Source of the DNA: a virus
Lineage: Duplodnaviria > Caudoviricetes
Length of the DNA stretch: 60,941 bases
IMG/VR virus record: IMGVR_UViG_3300017759_000004
Coordinates: 1 to 60,941 of that record
Strand: one strand, 5' to 3'
Below the pieces are notes generated by a model. The model worked only from the letters and a program-made list of their open reading frames with translations. It ran no database searches and was not told the DNA's origin. Positions 1 through 8,191 of this stretch are shown here, piece by piece. A program made the position numbers and the translations under genes. Within the stretch, counting starts at the first letter, position 1; each line of letters starts with the position of its first letter.

Positions 1-2
1 GC

Positions 3-119
3 ACTAAGGTGGACTCAGTTGCTAATCGATTAGTTACATTTCCAAATGGTATGAAACACACAGGAACATCAACAACTAACTCATCATTTCGTATGGTAAT
101 CAATTTTAACTATGTTTGA
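3..119 (+). CDS. 3' end of a 2OG-Fe(II) oxygenase-family protein (partial, starts before window)
   Basis: Own translation: TKVDSVANRLVTFPNGMKHTGTSTTNSSFRMVINFNYV*. The NR-hydrophobic-F...H...R-x-V-I-N-F-N pattern is the distal His/Arg strand of cyanophage 2OG-Fe(II) oxygenases. TGA at 117-119 overlaps the next gene's start. Confidence 0.75.
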   Translation, partial: TKVDSVANRLVTFPNGMKHTGTSTTNSSFRMVINFNYV

Positions 120-1146
120 TATTTTAGAATCAATAGCAAAAAAAGAACTCTATATGGGTTACATCTTTGGTATTATGATCTTAGGTGGATTTATCAGAGA
201 GTATCATGTATTAAATGATGTTTACTCACTCGCAAAGAAATATATTAAAGACAACAGGGTGATGATAATTCTCACCTCTATTTTAGGTGGTGTGTTACCT
301 ATACCTGGTCGTGTGGCATTGTCAGCACCATTGTTAGATGCTATAGCACCGCCTGATAAGAAGAAGAGAAGTGCATTCGGTATTATTGATTACTTATCTA
401 CACATCATTACTATTGGTGGAGTCCATTAGAAAAGACTATTATATTGCCTATGGCAGCATTGGGTATAACTTATAGAGAAATGTTAGGTTATACTTTTGT
501 GCCATTGTGTATCTGTTTATTATATACATGGTGGTATATATTTTCTAAAGTTGACCCTAGATCAGTTATACCTAACATGGATAATATCCGAGACTTCAAC
601 TGGCAGAGGGCATTACGAGGTTGGGCACCCTTTATTGCTACGATCTGGTTTTTATTGTGTGTAGGTAAGGCAGGTGCTATATTCTTTTTCCCTTGGTTCA
701 TAGGTATGGCATGTTATTATAGTATCCTATGTAAAGATTGGAGGTGGGGTAAATATCTTGATGGTAACTTTGCTATTATTGCAACTATAGTATTGGCATT
801 AGGTGGTGTTGTAGGTATGATAAAAGAACCTGTTATGGTGTATCTCAAGTCAGCAGACCCGACTATGATTGTACCAGTATCAATAGTGGGAGCAATAGCA
901 GCATGGATTATGGGTTCATCTGGTAAGTATGCAGGAATGACATCAGCACTTGTATTGATATTTGGTCAGCAATATCTCGTATGGTTTTTAGTAACAGAAT
1001 ACTCAGGATATCTACTATCCCCTGCACATAAGTGTTTGATGATTGGACAGCAATACTTTGGTACACCTATCAGAAAATACTATAAGGTGTTGGGTGGATT
1101 GTGTGCATGGTTAATAGGATACGCATGGTTGACAACATTCCTATAG
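112..1146 (+). CDS. Polytopic membrane protein, DUF401 / ion-transporter (IT) superfamily-like
   Basis: 344 aa with many hydrophobic segments, GGVLPIPG..ALSAP loop and C-terminal LSPAHKCL, resembling the SPxHxC motif of DUF401-type transporters (recognised by eye). Confidence 0.6.
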   Translation: MFDILESIAKKELYMGYIFGIMILGGFIREYHVLNDVYSLAKKYIKDNRVMIILTSILGGVLPIPGRVALSAPLLDAIAPPDKKKRSAFGIIDYLSTHHYYWWSPLEKTIILPMAALGITYREMLGYTFVPLCICLLYTWWYIFSKVDPRSVIPNMDNIRDFNWQRALRGWAPFIATIWFLLCVGKAGAIFFFPWFIGMACYYSILCKDWRWGKYLDGNFAIIATIVLALGGVVGMIKEPVMVYLKSADPTMIVPVSIVGAIAAWIMGSSGKYAGMTSALVLIFGQQYLVWFLVTEYSGYLLSPAHKCLMIGQQYFGTPIRKYYKVLGGLCAWLIGYAWLTTFL

Positions 1147-1157
1147 TGTGCTAAAAT
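1129..1157 (+). promoter_or_regulatory. sigma70-type promoter
   Basis: TTGACA (1129-1134), 17-bp spacer, extended -10 TGcTAAAAT (1149-1157), 22 bp upstream of ATG 1180. Confidence 0.7.
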
Positions 1158-1179
1158 TTTATTATATATTATCAATACG

Positions 1180-2166
1180 ATGACATCATCTACTAAAACA
1201 ACACAATACTCTATAAAAGAAATCAAAACTCTTATTGACCAAGGTAAATGGAAAAAGTTGATGGATTTTGATAATAGATATTTTGGGAGTAACTCAAGTG
1301 GGGAATGGATACTTGAGAAGACTGAACAGCATAGAGAATTTGAATATGATGAAGATCATGTTGATTATATTAGGTCTGAGTTTGATATTGATAAACTTGA
1401 TGCAAAGGTAGCAGTTAAGTTTAATACTGAAACTTACGATACAGACAAAGAAACTGGAGAGGATTCTCTACTTGCAAGAAAAGGAGACATGTTAATAGTA
1501 GGTGGAACACATACATGGTATGTAGAAATGAATGAAGGTGTTAATGTAAGTCCAAAAGGAATCAATATAGTAGATTTTGAACAAGACTTAAATGGAAGTA
1601 TTGCTAAATTAATAGCATTTGGAACTGCTATCAACAAACACAAAGTTGCAAAAAAACCTTATGATAAGAATGATGTAAAGAATGTTGTTTATCAGTATAT
1701 GGAAGACAACAGAAAAGTTTATGGAGTACCTAAGTTAAAAACGGAAAACTATGATGAAATCTTAGAACTTTTCCCTATAGTTTCTAGAGAAACGATCAAA
1801 CTTTGGGTAAGTCACCACCCTACAGTTGGTGGACGTAGAAAACCCCCTAAAAAATACACTAAGAAAAAGAAAGATGCTATACTAGAAACTTTAGAAAACT
1901 TGTATGGTAACACTCATGAAATCTTGGAACTCAGAGAACTTAGAGCATGGGCAGGTACAGGAGTATCAACTCTAATGTCTCTGGCATATCAAATGGATAC
2001 AGGAATGATACACAACAAATCTCAATTTTACGTCACATTTTATTGTTCATCTGTAACACAGGTAGAGGATTTACCTGATCTTAAGAAGAAGATAAAGAAA
2101 AGATATAAGTGGTTGGAAAAGATACTAAAAAGAACTATCGAGGTTAAATACCTACCACACAAATAA
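1180..2166 (+). CDS. Hypothetical protein, possibly ParB/Srx-like N-terminal fold
   Basis: 328-aa ORF with its own promoter. MLIVGGTHT weakly echoes the ParB hhhDGxHR motif. Lys-rich C-terminal half. ORF is solid, function weak. Confidence 0.55.
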   Translation: MTSSTKTTQYSIKEIKTLIDQGKWKKLMDFDNRYFGSNSSGEWILEKTEQHREFEYDEDHVDYIRSEFDIDKLDAKVAVKFNTETYDTDKETGEDSLLARKGDMLIVGGTHTWYVEMNEGVNVSPKGINIVDFEQDLNGSIAKLIAFGTAINKHKVAKKPYDKNDVKNVVYQYMEDNRKVYGVPKLKTENYDEILELFPIVSRETIKLWVSHHPTVGGRRKPPKKYTKKKKDAILETLENLYGNTHEILELRELRAWAGTGVSTLMSLAYQMDTGMIHNKSQFYVTFYCSSVTQVEDLPDLKKKIKKRYKWLEKILKRTIEVKYLPHK

Positions 2167-2170
2167 ACTT

Positions 2171-2178
2171 TATAAATA
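2171..2178 (+). promoter_or_regulatory. T4-type late promoter
   Basis: Exact TATAAATA, 29 bp upstream of the Gly-rich structural gene at 2208. Confidence 0.8.
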
Positions 2179-2207
2179 CCTGTGGTAAGGACTACAGGTA
2201 TTTTTTT
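2174..2207 (+). terminator. Intrinsic terminator / RBS-occluding hairpin overlapping the late promoter
   Basis: AAATACCTGTGGT (2174-2186), loop AAGG, ACTACAGGTATTT (2191-2203): 13 bp with one G:U; T7 run 2201-2207 directly before ATG. Confidence 0.7.
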
Positions 2208-3017
2208 ATGTCACAACTTAATGTAGGTACATTAAATGTAGGTACTACACAGTTCACTGGCGACTCAACAACATTAAACTCAGCACCTGCAAGTAGTATC
2301 ACAGGAATGTTAACTGGTACACCCAGTACTAACCATTCAATAATGTGGAACGGTTCAGCATGGGTTCCTCAGTTGATGGAAGGAAGATTGTTGGGGATGA
2401 ATGTATATACATCGCAGAACGGAACGTGGAACTCTAAGAGTACATCAGGTGGTAGTGGTACATGGACTAAACCAAGTGGGTGTAGTAATGTATTGGTATA
2501 TGTCACAGGTGGTGGTGGAGGTTCAAGAATCAATGATAACACCTATCGTGGTGCAGGTGGAGGTGGTGGAGCAACCGCTATTAAATGGATTGACGTGTCA
2601 GGAGTTAGTACAGTAAGTTATACTTATGGTGGTGGCGGTGGTTATGTTCGTAACGGTGGTAGAGGTGGTACAGGTGGTACTTCATCATTTGGTTCATATT
2701 GCAGTGCAACTGGTGGACAGGGTGGTCAATCAGATAACCCTCATCAGGGTGGGCCAGGGGGAAGTGCCAGTGGTGGAGACATTAATTTGCCAGGGGGAGG
2801 TGGAGAAATGTCACATGGTTCAAACAATGAAGGTGTGGCAGGTTCATCATTCTGGCATAAAGCAGGGTCATCACACCATTATTACAACAACCAAGAAGAA
2901 ATCACTCATGGACAATGGGGTTCTGGTGGTGGTCATGGTTATTATTCACAACACGATTACGCATATAACAACTCAAACGGTGGTGCGGGAGTCGTAATCG
3001 TTTACAACTACAGTTAA
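2208..3017 (+). CDS. Glycine-rich fibre/virion protein
   Basis: GTWTKPSG..VLVYVTGGGGGS...GGTSSFG...GGAGVVIVY is the Gly-rich domain common at phage fibre C-termini; late promoter upstream. Confidence 0.75.
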   Translation: MSQLNVGTLNVGTTQFTGDSTTLNSAPASSITGMLTGTPSTNHSIMWNGSAWVPQLMEGRLLGMNVYTSQNGTWNSKSTSGGSGTWTKPSGCSNVLVYVTGGGGGSRINDNTYRGAGGGGGATAIKWIDVSGVSTVSYTYGGGGGYVRNGGRGGTGGTSSFGSYCSATGGQGGQSDNPHQGGPGGSASGGDINLPGGGGEMSHGSNNEGVAGSSFWHKAGSSHHYYNNQEEITHGQWGSGGGHGYYSQHDYAYNNSNGGAGVVIVYNYS

Positions 3018-3021
3018 GAAC

Positions 3022-3381
3022 ATGAAAGCATTAGTACACGTTGAAGCAGGTCTCGTTTGTCAGTTAGTGGCAGATGGAGAAACCTTTGAAACTCATTCCG
3101 ATTACGCATGGAAAGAGTTTGATGAAACTGGATTATCTTATGTTGCAGGTACAGATAACGCACCAGAGTTTGAGTATGATAAAACAAATGATACTATCTC
3201 AAGGAAAACAATTGCACCCGAACCATATAATATGAAGAGAAAGTATGAGTACAATGAAGTGACAGAACAACTCGATCAACTCTGGCATGACATTGATGAT
3301 GGTAAACTAGGTTCAGACGCAAAGACAGGTACATGGTATCTTGGAGTCAAGAGTACGAAGGCAGCATTTCCAAAAACTTGA
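3022..3381 (+). CDS. Fibre-associated protein (tail-fibre-assembly-like partner)
   Basis: 119 aa directly after the fibre gene; C-terminal R..EY..V.EQLDQLWHDID....W...VK..K..FPK pattern typical of cyanophage fibre partners. Confidence 0.6.
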   Translation: MKALVHVEAGLVCQLVADGETFETHSDYAWKEFDETGLSYVAGTDNAPEFEYDKTNDTISRKTIAPEPYNMKRKYEYNEVTEQLDQLWHDIDDGKLGSDAKTGTWYLGVKSTKAAFPKT

Positions 3382-3405
3382 CACGCATTAAAAATATGCT
3401 ATAAT
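3378..3405 (+). promoter_or_regulatory. sigma70-type promoter
   Basis: TTGACA (3378-3383), 16-bp spacer, TGcTATAAT (3397-3405), followed by AAGAGGG as in the promoter at 16732. Confidence 0.8.
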
Positions 3406-3429
3406 AAGAGGGTACTTTGGCACAAACCA

Positions 3430-3654
3430 ATGCCCTCTTTTATATTGACCGCCATAGATGATGACGGAACGAATACAACTAAAGAATTCACATCTGAAGG
3501 TCTTAAAGAAGTTGTAGAAAAAACATCTGATTTCCTTAAAGGTGTTGGATATGTTTATGATGACTTAACATATACAGTTACAAATGAACAAGAAGGTCAT
3601 ATATCTGAACTTGTTTCATATGCTAGAAATGTAGCAAGTCAAACAGAAGTATAA
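3430..3654 (+). CDS. Hypothetical phage protein
   Basis: 74 aa after a strong promoter; the T.EF...L.EVV....DFLKGVGY pattern is familiar from T4-like phage small proteins. Confidence 0.7.
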   Translation: MPSFILTAIDDDGTNTTKEFTSEGLKEVVEKTSDFLKGVGYVYDDLTYTVTNEQEGHISELVSYARNVASQTEV

Positions 3655-3694
3655 TCATACTTCAACTATATAAAATGTAAGTTATTCACTATCA

Positions 3695-3874
3695 ATGGGT
3701 AAAACATTTAGAAGGGGTGGGAGCGAAAAAGGCAACTACTCTTACGGAAAATCAATACGAGACAAGAGATCTCGTAACTCTAAATCATCTTTCTCGGAAG
3801 ACTCTTATGACTACCAAAAAACTAACAGAAAGCAAAAGCAAGAAAGAAGATTCAACACCTATGTTGATGATTAA
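3695..3874 (+). CDS. Small basic hypothetical protein (not in ORF track)
   Basis: Own translation MGKTFRRGGSEKGNYSYGKSIRDKRSRNSK...RRFNTYVDD* (59 aa, ATG start); more plausible than the overlapping GTG-start ORF 3717-3950. Confidence 0.6.
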   Translation: MGKTFRRGGSEKGNYSYGKSIRDKRSRNSKSSFSEDSYDYQKTNRKQKQERRFNTYVDD

Positions 3875-3951
3875 AGATGCTGAAGAGGATTTAGATATGT
3901 TTGATGATTGTTCTTACGAATATGATCTAGATTACACTACTCAATACTAAA

Positions 3952-4191
3952 ATGGAATCCCCCGAAGTTAGATACGATAGAGCATTAACTCTATTTCAAG
4001 AGTCAGTATTAAAACCTGACCATAAATTGAGAGGGTGTGCATACAACCAAGATTGTTTTAATGAACTCATGGAGATCAGAGAACATGTAATGGGATATCT
4101 CAAGACCCTAAGAGAAGTCACACATCACACTAATGCTGATGAGAGTGACGAGATAGAAACAGCAAAGTTACAGGCAATTAAACCCCAGTAA
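3952..4191 (+). CDS. Hypothetical cyanophage protein
   Basis: 79 aa, ATG start, tight packing with neighbours. Confidence 0.65.
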   Translation: MESPEVRYDRALTLFQESVLKPDHKLRGCAYNQDCFNELMEIREHVMGYLKTLREVTHHTNADESDEIETAKLQAIKPQ

Positions 4192-4192
4192 G

Positions 4193-4393
4193 ATGTCATA
4201 CCTTTACCACTCATCTATGTTTGGTCTAGAAGAAAAGACCTTACTTAAAAATGCACTTATTAAATACGTTGCAAGTCTGCAGAAACAATTTTTTGCAGAT
4301 AAATCACTAGACGTACATACATACGAAACACAGATGGAGTATGTACGGTCATGTGTTGAAAAACTACATCTAAATGAACTCTATAAATTATGA
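4193..4393 (+). CDS. Hypothetical protein
   Basis: 66 aa; ATGA overlap with next gene. Confidence 0.6.
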   Translation: MSYLYHSSMFGLEEKTLLKNALIKYVASLQKQFFADKSLDVHTYETQMEYVRSCVEKLHLNELYKL

Positions 4394-5034
4394 GTGGAAC
4401 TATTGAAATGTTTTGCCCACAGTGGTATTATCATTCTACACTATCTGACGAGTATCAAGATCAAATCAAAAGATTGTTTGACAAACATGTATATCAGGAT
4501 AGTATATACACCGCATCCCCTTGGGATTGTGATTGTTTGACTACATTTCAAGCAGAGAAAAACATGGACTTACCTTGGAATGACTGGTTAGAGTGTGTTC
4601 GCTTGGATATAGATGATGCTATTGAAAAGTTAAAACCAAAGATTGATATTGAAGTTGTACCACAGGACGCATGGGCAAACAAATATAACAAAGGACATTT
4701 TCAAGAATACCATACACATGAAGTACCATTCTGTAACTTAAGCATGGTATATTTTTATGACATTCCTGACAATGAAGATGTTGGATTCCGATTCTGGTAT
4801 GATGGTCATTCTAAATATAAGAAATCGGGATTGGCACAGGCATTTGACATGCCAGTATTTCCAAGAGTGATACCGAAGGTGAAGAAGGGTGATTTTATGA
4901 TATTTCCATCACACTACGCACATTTGGTTGCACCAAATCGTAGTGATAAACCTCGTATAACATTCTCTGGCAACCTCTATGTTGTGCCAAATAACAAAGA
5001 GTCACAACGTGACCCCACACCCCTTAAACCATAG
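4390..5034 (+). CDS. 2OG-Fe(II) oxygenase superfamily protein (TIGR02466-like)
   Basis: WANKYNKGHFQEYHTH (HxH), LSMVYF, GDFMIFPSHYAHLV, RITFSGN jelly-roll motifs. Confidence 0.85.
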   Translation: MSGTIEMFCPQWYYHSTLSDEYQDQIKRLFDKHVYQDSIYTASPWDCDCLTTFQAEKNMDLPWNDWLECVRLDIDDAIEKLKPKIDIEVVPQDAWANKYNKGHFQEYHTHEVPFCNLSMVYFYDIPDNEDVGFRFWYDGHSKYKKSGLAQAFDMPVFPRVIPKVKKGDFMIFPSHYAHLVAPNRSDKPRITFSGNLYVVPNNKESQRDPTPLKP

Positions 5035-5042
5035 TATATAAT
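4983..5042 (+). promoter_or_regulatory. Palindrome-type early promoter, copy 1 (degenerate)
   Basis: TGTGCCAAATAACAAAGAGTCACA, 30 bp, TATAAT (5037); inside the 3' end of the oxygenase gene. Confidence 0.65.
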
Positions 5043-5235
5043 GATTACACCGAACATCAACAGGTCAGTGCCTATTATTGGAGTTATTAAATCCATCAAG
5101 AAGGCACTAAAAAAATCTGTTGAAGAACCATTCCTCTATACGGAAGAGGAAGTACACAAACTCAAAAAGGCAAAACGAGATTATGAAAAAATTGAACATG
5201 AAACAAGGAAATCACAGAAAGGTGGTTTCGGATAA
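5041..5235 (+). CDS. Small basic hypothetical protein
   Basis: 64 aa, IKKAL...P.LY.EEE...LK....KGGFG pattern common in cyanophages; real start may lie downstream of 5041. Confidence 0.6.
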   Translation: MITPNINRSVPIIGVIKSIKKALKKSVEEPFLYTEEEVHKLKKAKRDYEKIEHETRKSQKGGFG

Positions 5236-5335
5236 ATTTGAAATACCTGTATATGATTGTGTACAGGAGCAAGAGGATGATTGGATATCATCTGTACTCG
5301 GTTCAGAATCAGATACACTAGACACATTATTCTAA
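5198..5335 (+). CDS. Small acidic hypothetical protein
   Basis: ATG at 5198 in frame with track ORF 5120-5335; TAATG coupling to the next ORF. Confidence 0.5.
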   Translation: MKQGNHRKVVSDKFEIPVYDCVQEQEDDWISSVLGSESDTLDTLF

Positions 5336-5451
5336 TGGCAAAAAAGAAACCTAAAAAAGAACCTAGACTATACGCAAAGGATAGGATGGAATACTTTAGA
5401 GAGTTTCACAGAGTTATCGCACCAGTTATTGTACTAAACAAAGAGGATTAA
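5335..5451 (+). CDS. Small hypothetical protein (not in ORF track)
   Basis: MAKKKPKKEPRLYAKDRMEYFREFHRVIAPVIVLNKED* (38 aa) fills the gap exactly between two ORFs. Confidence 0.55.
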   Translation: MAKKKPKKEPRLYAKDRMEYFREFHRVIAPVIVLNKED

Positions 5452-5682
5452 ATGTCAGGAGATTACGAAACCCATAATGATAGGCAACCAAACATAACCT
5501 ATGCATCAAGAGAAATGGCAACGTATCACATTTATTTGAATGATAAATGTTTATTCAAAAATCTAAATGAAGAGGAGTTCGATCTCATCTGGGATAAGAT
5601 ATATTATTCTTATTGGAGAGACGAACTATCTTATGCTGTATGTTTTGATGATGTATGTATTACTGATGACCATTCTTATTAA
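5452..5682 (+). CDS. Hypothetical cyanophage protein
   Basis: 76 aa, GAGG SD upstream, YHIYLNDKCLFKNL.EEEF...W pattern. Confidence 0.7.
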   Translation: MSGDYETHNDRQPNITYASREMATYHIYLNDKCLFKNLNEEEFDLIWDKIYYSYWRDELSYAVCFDDVCITDDHSY

Positions 5683-5879
5683 TGAACACACATAGATTAA
5701 GACTCATACCCAGAGAGGATAGTAGGGAAGCACAGGAACTATTCACTTATCACATGAAACGTGATGGGTATATGTATTGTGATGAACGATTAGATAAATG
5801 GCATGTATATAATCCCAACACAGGTATAAATTTTTGGGTTGACCCAAAGAATGACCCAATGTGGGAGGTCGTATATTAA
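5682..5879 (+). CDS. Hypothetical cyanophage protein
   Basis: 65 aa, TAATG coupling, C-terminal FWV...ND..WE motif. Confidence 0.7.
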   Translation: MNTHRLRLIPREDSREAQELFTYHMKRDGYMYCDERLDKWHVYNPNTGINFWVDPKNDPMWEVVY

Positions 5880-6047
5880 ATGGATTGTTATCGCATTTCG
5901 TGGTGGGATTGTAGCATACATGGTTACCATAATAAAAAAGGAGAATGTGTAACCAATAACATTTCAACAGGAGCAGAGATAATGAAAATGGTTAGTGATG
6001 AAGGGTGGAGTTGTACTGTTGAATGTTGTACTCAGGATGGTATCTAG
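5880..6047 (+). CDS. Small Cys-rich hypothetical protein (not in ORF track)
   Basis: MDCYRISWWDCSIHGYH...WSCTVECCTQDGI* (55 aa) starts immediately after the previous stop. Confidence 0.5.
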   Translation: MDCYRISWWDCSIHGYHNKKGECVTNNISTGAEIMKMVSDEGWSCTVECCTQDGI

Positions 6048-6166
6048 GCATAAATTCTTGTTACTAAGTGACTGAAATGTGATGATATCAAAATAAATAG
6101 TGGTAGACTTAAGGAGAACAAGATGAACCCAAACTCTTGTATTATGAGTTAACTTACGAGGTAACA

Positions 6167-6334
6167 ATGCACAACTTAATGAATCACAAACAGACACCAG
6201 AATATTACAACTTCTCTTCTGAAACACCCAACAATGATCTTTGGAACGACTATTTTGATTGTATAGTTGATTGTTCAGAACAAACCCATAATCAATCCTG
6301 TCGTAGGATTTGTCGAGATATGATTCCAGATTAG
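6167..6334 (+). CDS. Small twin-CX3C protein
   Basis: ATG 6167 with GAGGT SD (track start 6137 is TTG); NDYFDCIVDC...CRRICR motif resembles small picocyanobacterial/cyanophage proteins. Confidence 0.7.
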   Translation: MHNLMNHKQTPEYYNFSSETPNNDLWNDYFDCIVDCSEQTHNQSCRRICRDMIPD

Positions 6335-6389
6335 TCCAGTTACCAAACTGTCACAACCCCTTGCAAAAGGGGTTTTTTTATTGTATAAT
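6332..6389 (+). promoter_or_regulatory. Palindrome-type early promoter, copy 2
   Basis: TAGTCCAGTTACCAAACTGTCACA; TTGCAA (6361), 17 bp, TATAAT (6384). Confidence 0.75.
6355..6379 (+). terminator. Intrinsic terminator embedded in promoter copy 2
   Basis: AACCCCTT-GCAA-AAGGGGTT stem with GNRA loop, then T run. Confidence 0.85.
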
Positions 6390-6422
6390 AATAATATTGA
6401 GACGAAAGTCATTTATTTTATT

Positions 6423-7676
6423 ATGCAGTTAAGACCCCATCAGCAAAGAGCATTTAACGCAATGCAAGAGACACCATATGGTCAGGTCATTATTCCTACA
6501 GGTGGTGGTAAAACTTATATTATGATCGCTGATGCTATGAAGCAATTTCAGTTACCAAGATCACAAACTATTGTAGTAGTCGCACCTCGTATATTACTAG
6601 CAAACCAGTTATGTGCAGAGTTCACAGAGTTTATCACAGAACAGAACTCAAAGTTTGGTCTTGATATTGCTCATGTTCACTCAGGAGAGACTCATCACTT
6701 CAGTACAACTAATCAGTTTGAGTTGAATGAATGGGTTAACAATAGCACAAAGAATATTATTATCTTTACAACATATCATTCACTACACAAAGTATGTAAT
6801 GCAGTTGATGTAGAAGTTGATACTATTTACTATGATGAAGCACATAATGGCACATCAAAGAATTTCTTTGAAGCGGTTGCTAGAATGTCATTTGGTGTAG
6901 CATATCGTAGGTTCGCATTTACAGCAACACCTAAGTTAGGTAGAGGTGCATCTAAAACTAGAGGTATGAACAATACTAAAGTATGGGGTAACACTCTATG
7001 TAATGTAAAAGCACAGGAACTTATTGATAGTGGTGCTATATTACCGCCTAAAGTTGTTCCTTTTACATGTAAGACAGAGAGAAACAAAGAGAATGCACAT
7101 GAGGTTGATGCACAGAACTTAATGGACATGTTAACATCATTCGGAGACAATGGACATAAAGTATTAGTTGCTAGTCCTAGCACTAGAGTTCTAAACAATA
7201 TGTTATCAAGAACATTCATACTTGATTGGTTATCTGATAATGGATATGATGTACTACATATTACATCAAAGTATGGTGCTATCATCAATGGAAAGAAGGT
7301 AGGTAGAGAAGAGTTCTTTGATACTCTTACTAAGTTTGGCAATGATAATAATCGTAAGGTTATTGTATTTCACTACAGTATATTATCTGAAGGTATCAAT
7401 GTCAATGGACTTACTCATACAATACTATTGAGAAATTTACCAACTATCGAAATGGCACAAACTATTGGTAGAGTTATCAGAGTTCACAAAGATGATAGAG
7501 ACGCTATCTCTAATGGTCAGTTGACTATTGGTAACTGGCAGTTCTATAAGAAATCAAGTGGACAGATCACAGTACCAACAGAGAACAAGTATGGAGATAA
7601 GATTGCTAGAAGACTAGAGTCTATTGTTGATTACATATTCAAGGAAGGATTACCCCCTATAGCATATGCATCATGA
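6423..7676 (+). CDS. Superfamily 2 (DExH, ResIII-like) helicase/ATPase
   Basis: Q motif LRPHQ, Walker A PTGGGKT, Ia VVAPR, Walker B DEAH, III FTAT, V ILSEGIN, VI QTIGRVIR. Start moved to ATG 6423 because 6381 lies within the promoter. Confidence 0.92.
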   Translation: MQLRPHQQRAFNAMQETPYGQVIIPTGGGKTYIMIADAMKQFQLPRSQTIVVVAPRILLANQLCAEFTEFITEQNSKFGLDIAHVHSGETHHFSTTNQFELNEWVNNSTKNIIIFTTYHSLHKVCNAVDVEVDTIYYDEAHNGTSKNFFEAVARMSFGVAYRRFAFTATPKLGRGASKTRGMNNTKVWGNTLCNVKAQELIDSGAILPPKVVPFTCKTERNKENAHEVDAQNLMDMLTSFGDNGHKVLVASPSTRVLNNMLSRTFILDWLSDNGYDVLHITSKYGAIINGKKVGREEFFDTLTKFGNDNNRKVIVFHYSILSEGINVNGLTHTILLRNLPTIEMAQTIGRVIRVHKDDRDAISNGQLTIGNWQFYKKSSGQITVPTENKYGDKIARRLESIVDYIFKEGLPPIAYAS

Positions 7677-8191
7677 CAGCAAAAAAAGGAACACATAGTT
7701 TTTCAAGTGGAAAACAAACTAAACATGAGAACAAACATATATCCCTAGTCCAAGAGATATATGATGAGTTTAAATGTCATGATGATAAGTGGGATAAAAG
7801 AAAAATGGTAACAGTTGCAGAGTTAATAGGAGAAGAAAATGTTAACTACGCTAGACACATGACAGGTAACTCTAATGAAATTTATAGTGATGGTGGAGTT
7901 ATATTTTATGATGGGAAAATCGTAGGATTATGTGAAGACAAATATCAACAAGATCATAGGAATGCATGTGAGAGAGCATGTAAGTATCAAGTGTATATGG
8001 ATTTAAAACCAAACCAGATATTTTTATCATGTGGTGGTGTGGGATTTGAGTTTGATACAAATAGACATGGTGGTGGTGCAACAGGCACATTATATGATAT
8101 AATGAAGTATCGAGGATATTCCATTGCTATGAATGAGACAGAACAAGAGTTCAAAACAAGATTAAGAAACTGGTTTAAAGGATTATTATGA
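7673..8191 (+). CDS. Putative PD-(D/E)xK restriction endonuclease, EcoRI/MunI-like
   Basis: SDGG...CEDKYQ...NACERACK parallels EcoRI PDGG...AEAKHQ...NAIERSHK; lies between helicase and MTase with ATGA overlaps on both sides. Confidence 0.65.
   Translation: MTAKKGTHSFSSGKQTKHENKHISLVQEIYDEFKCHDDKWDKRKMVTVAELIGEENVNYARHMTGNSNEIYSDGGVIFYDGKIVGLCEDKYQQDHRNACERACKYQVYMDLKPNQIFLSCGGVGFEFDTNRHGGGATGTLYDIMKYRGYSIAMNETEQEFKTRLRNWFKGLL

Noticed and set aside
3717-3950. Track ORF 3717-3950 as a full gene
   Set aside because: GTG start inside the more plausible 3695-3874 ORF; only the acidic tail from ATG 3861 may be real.
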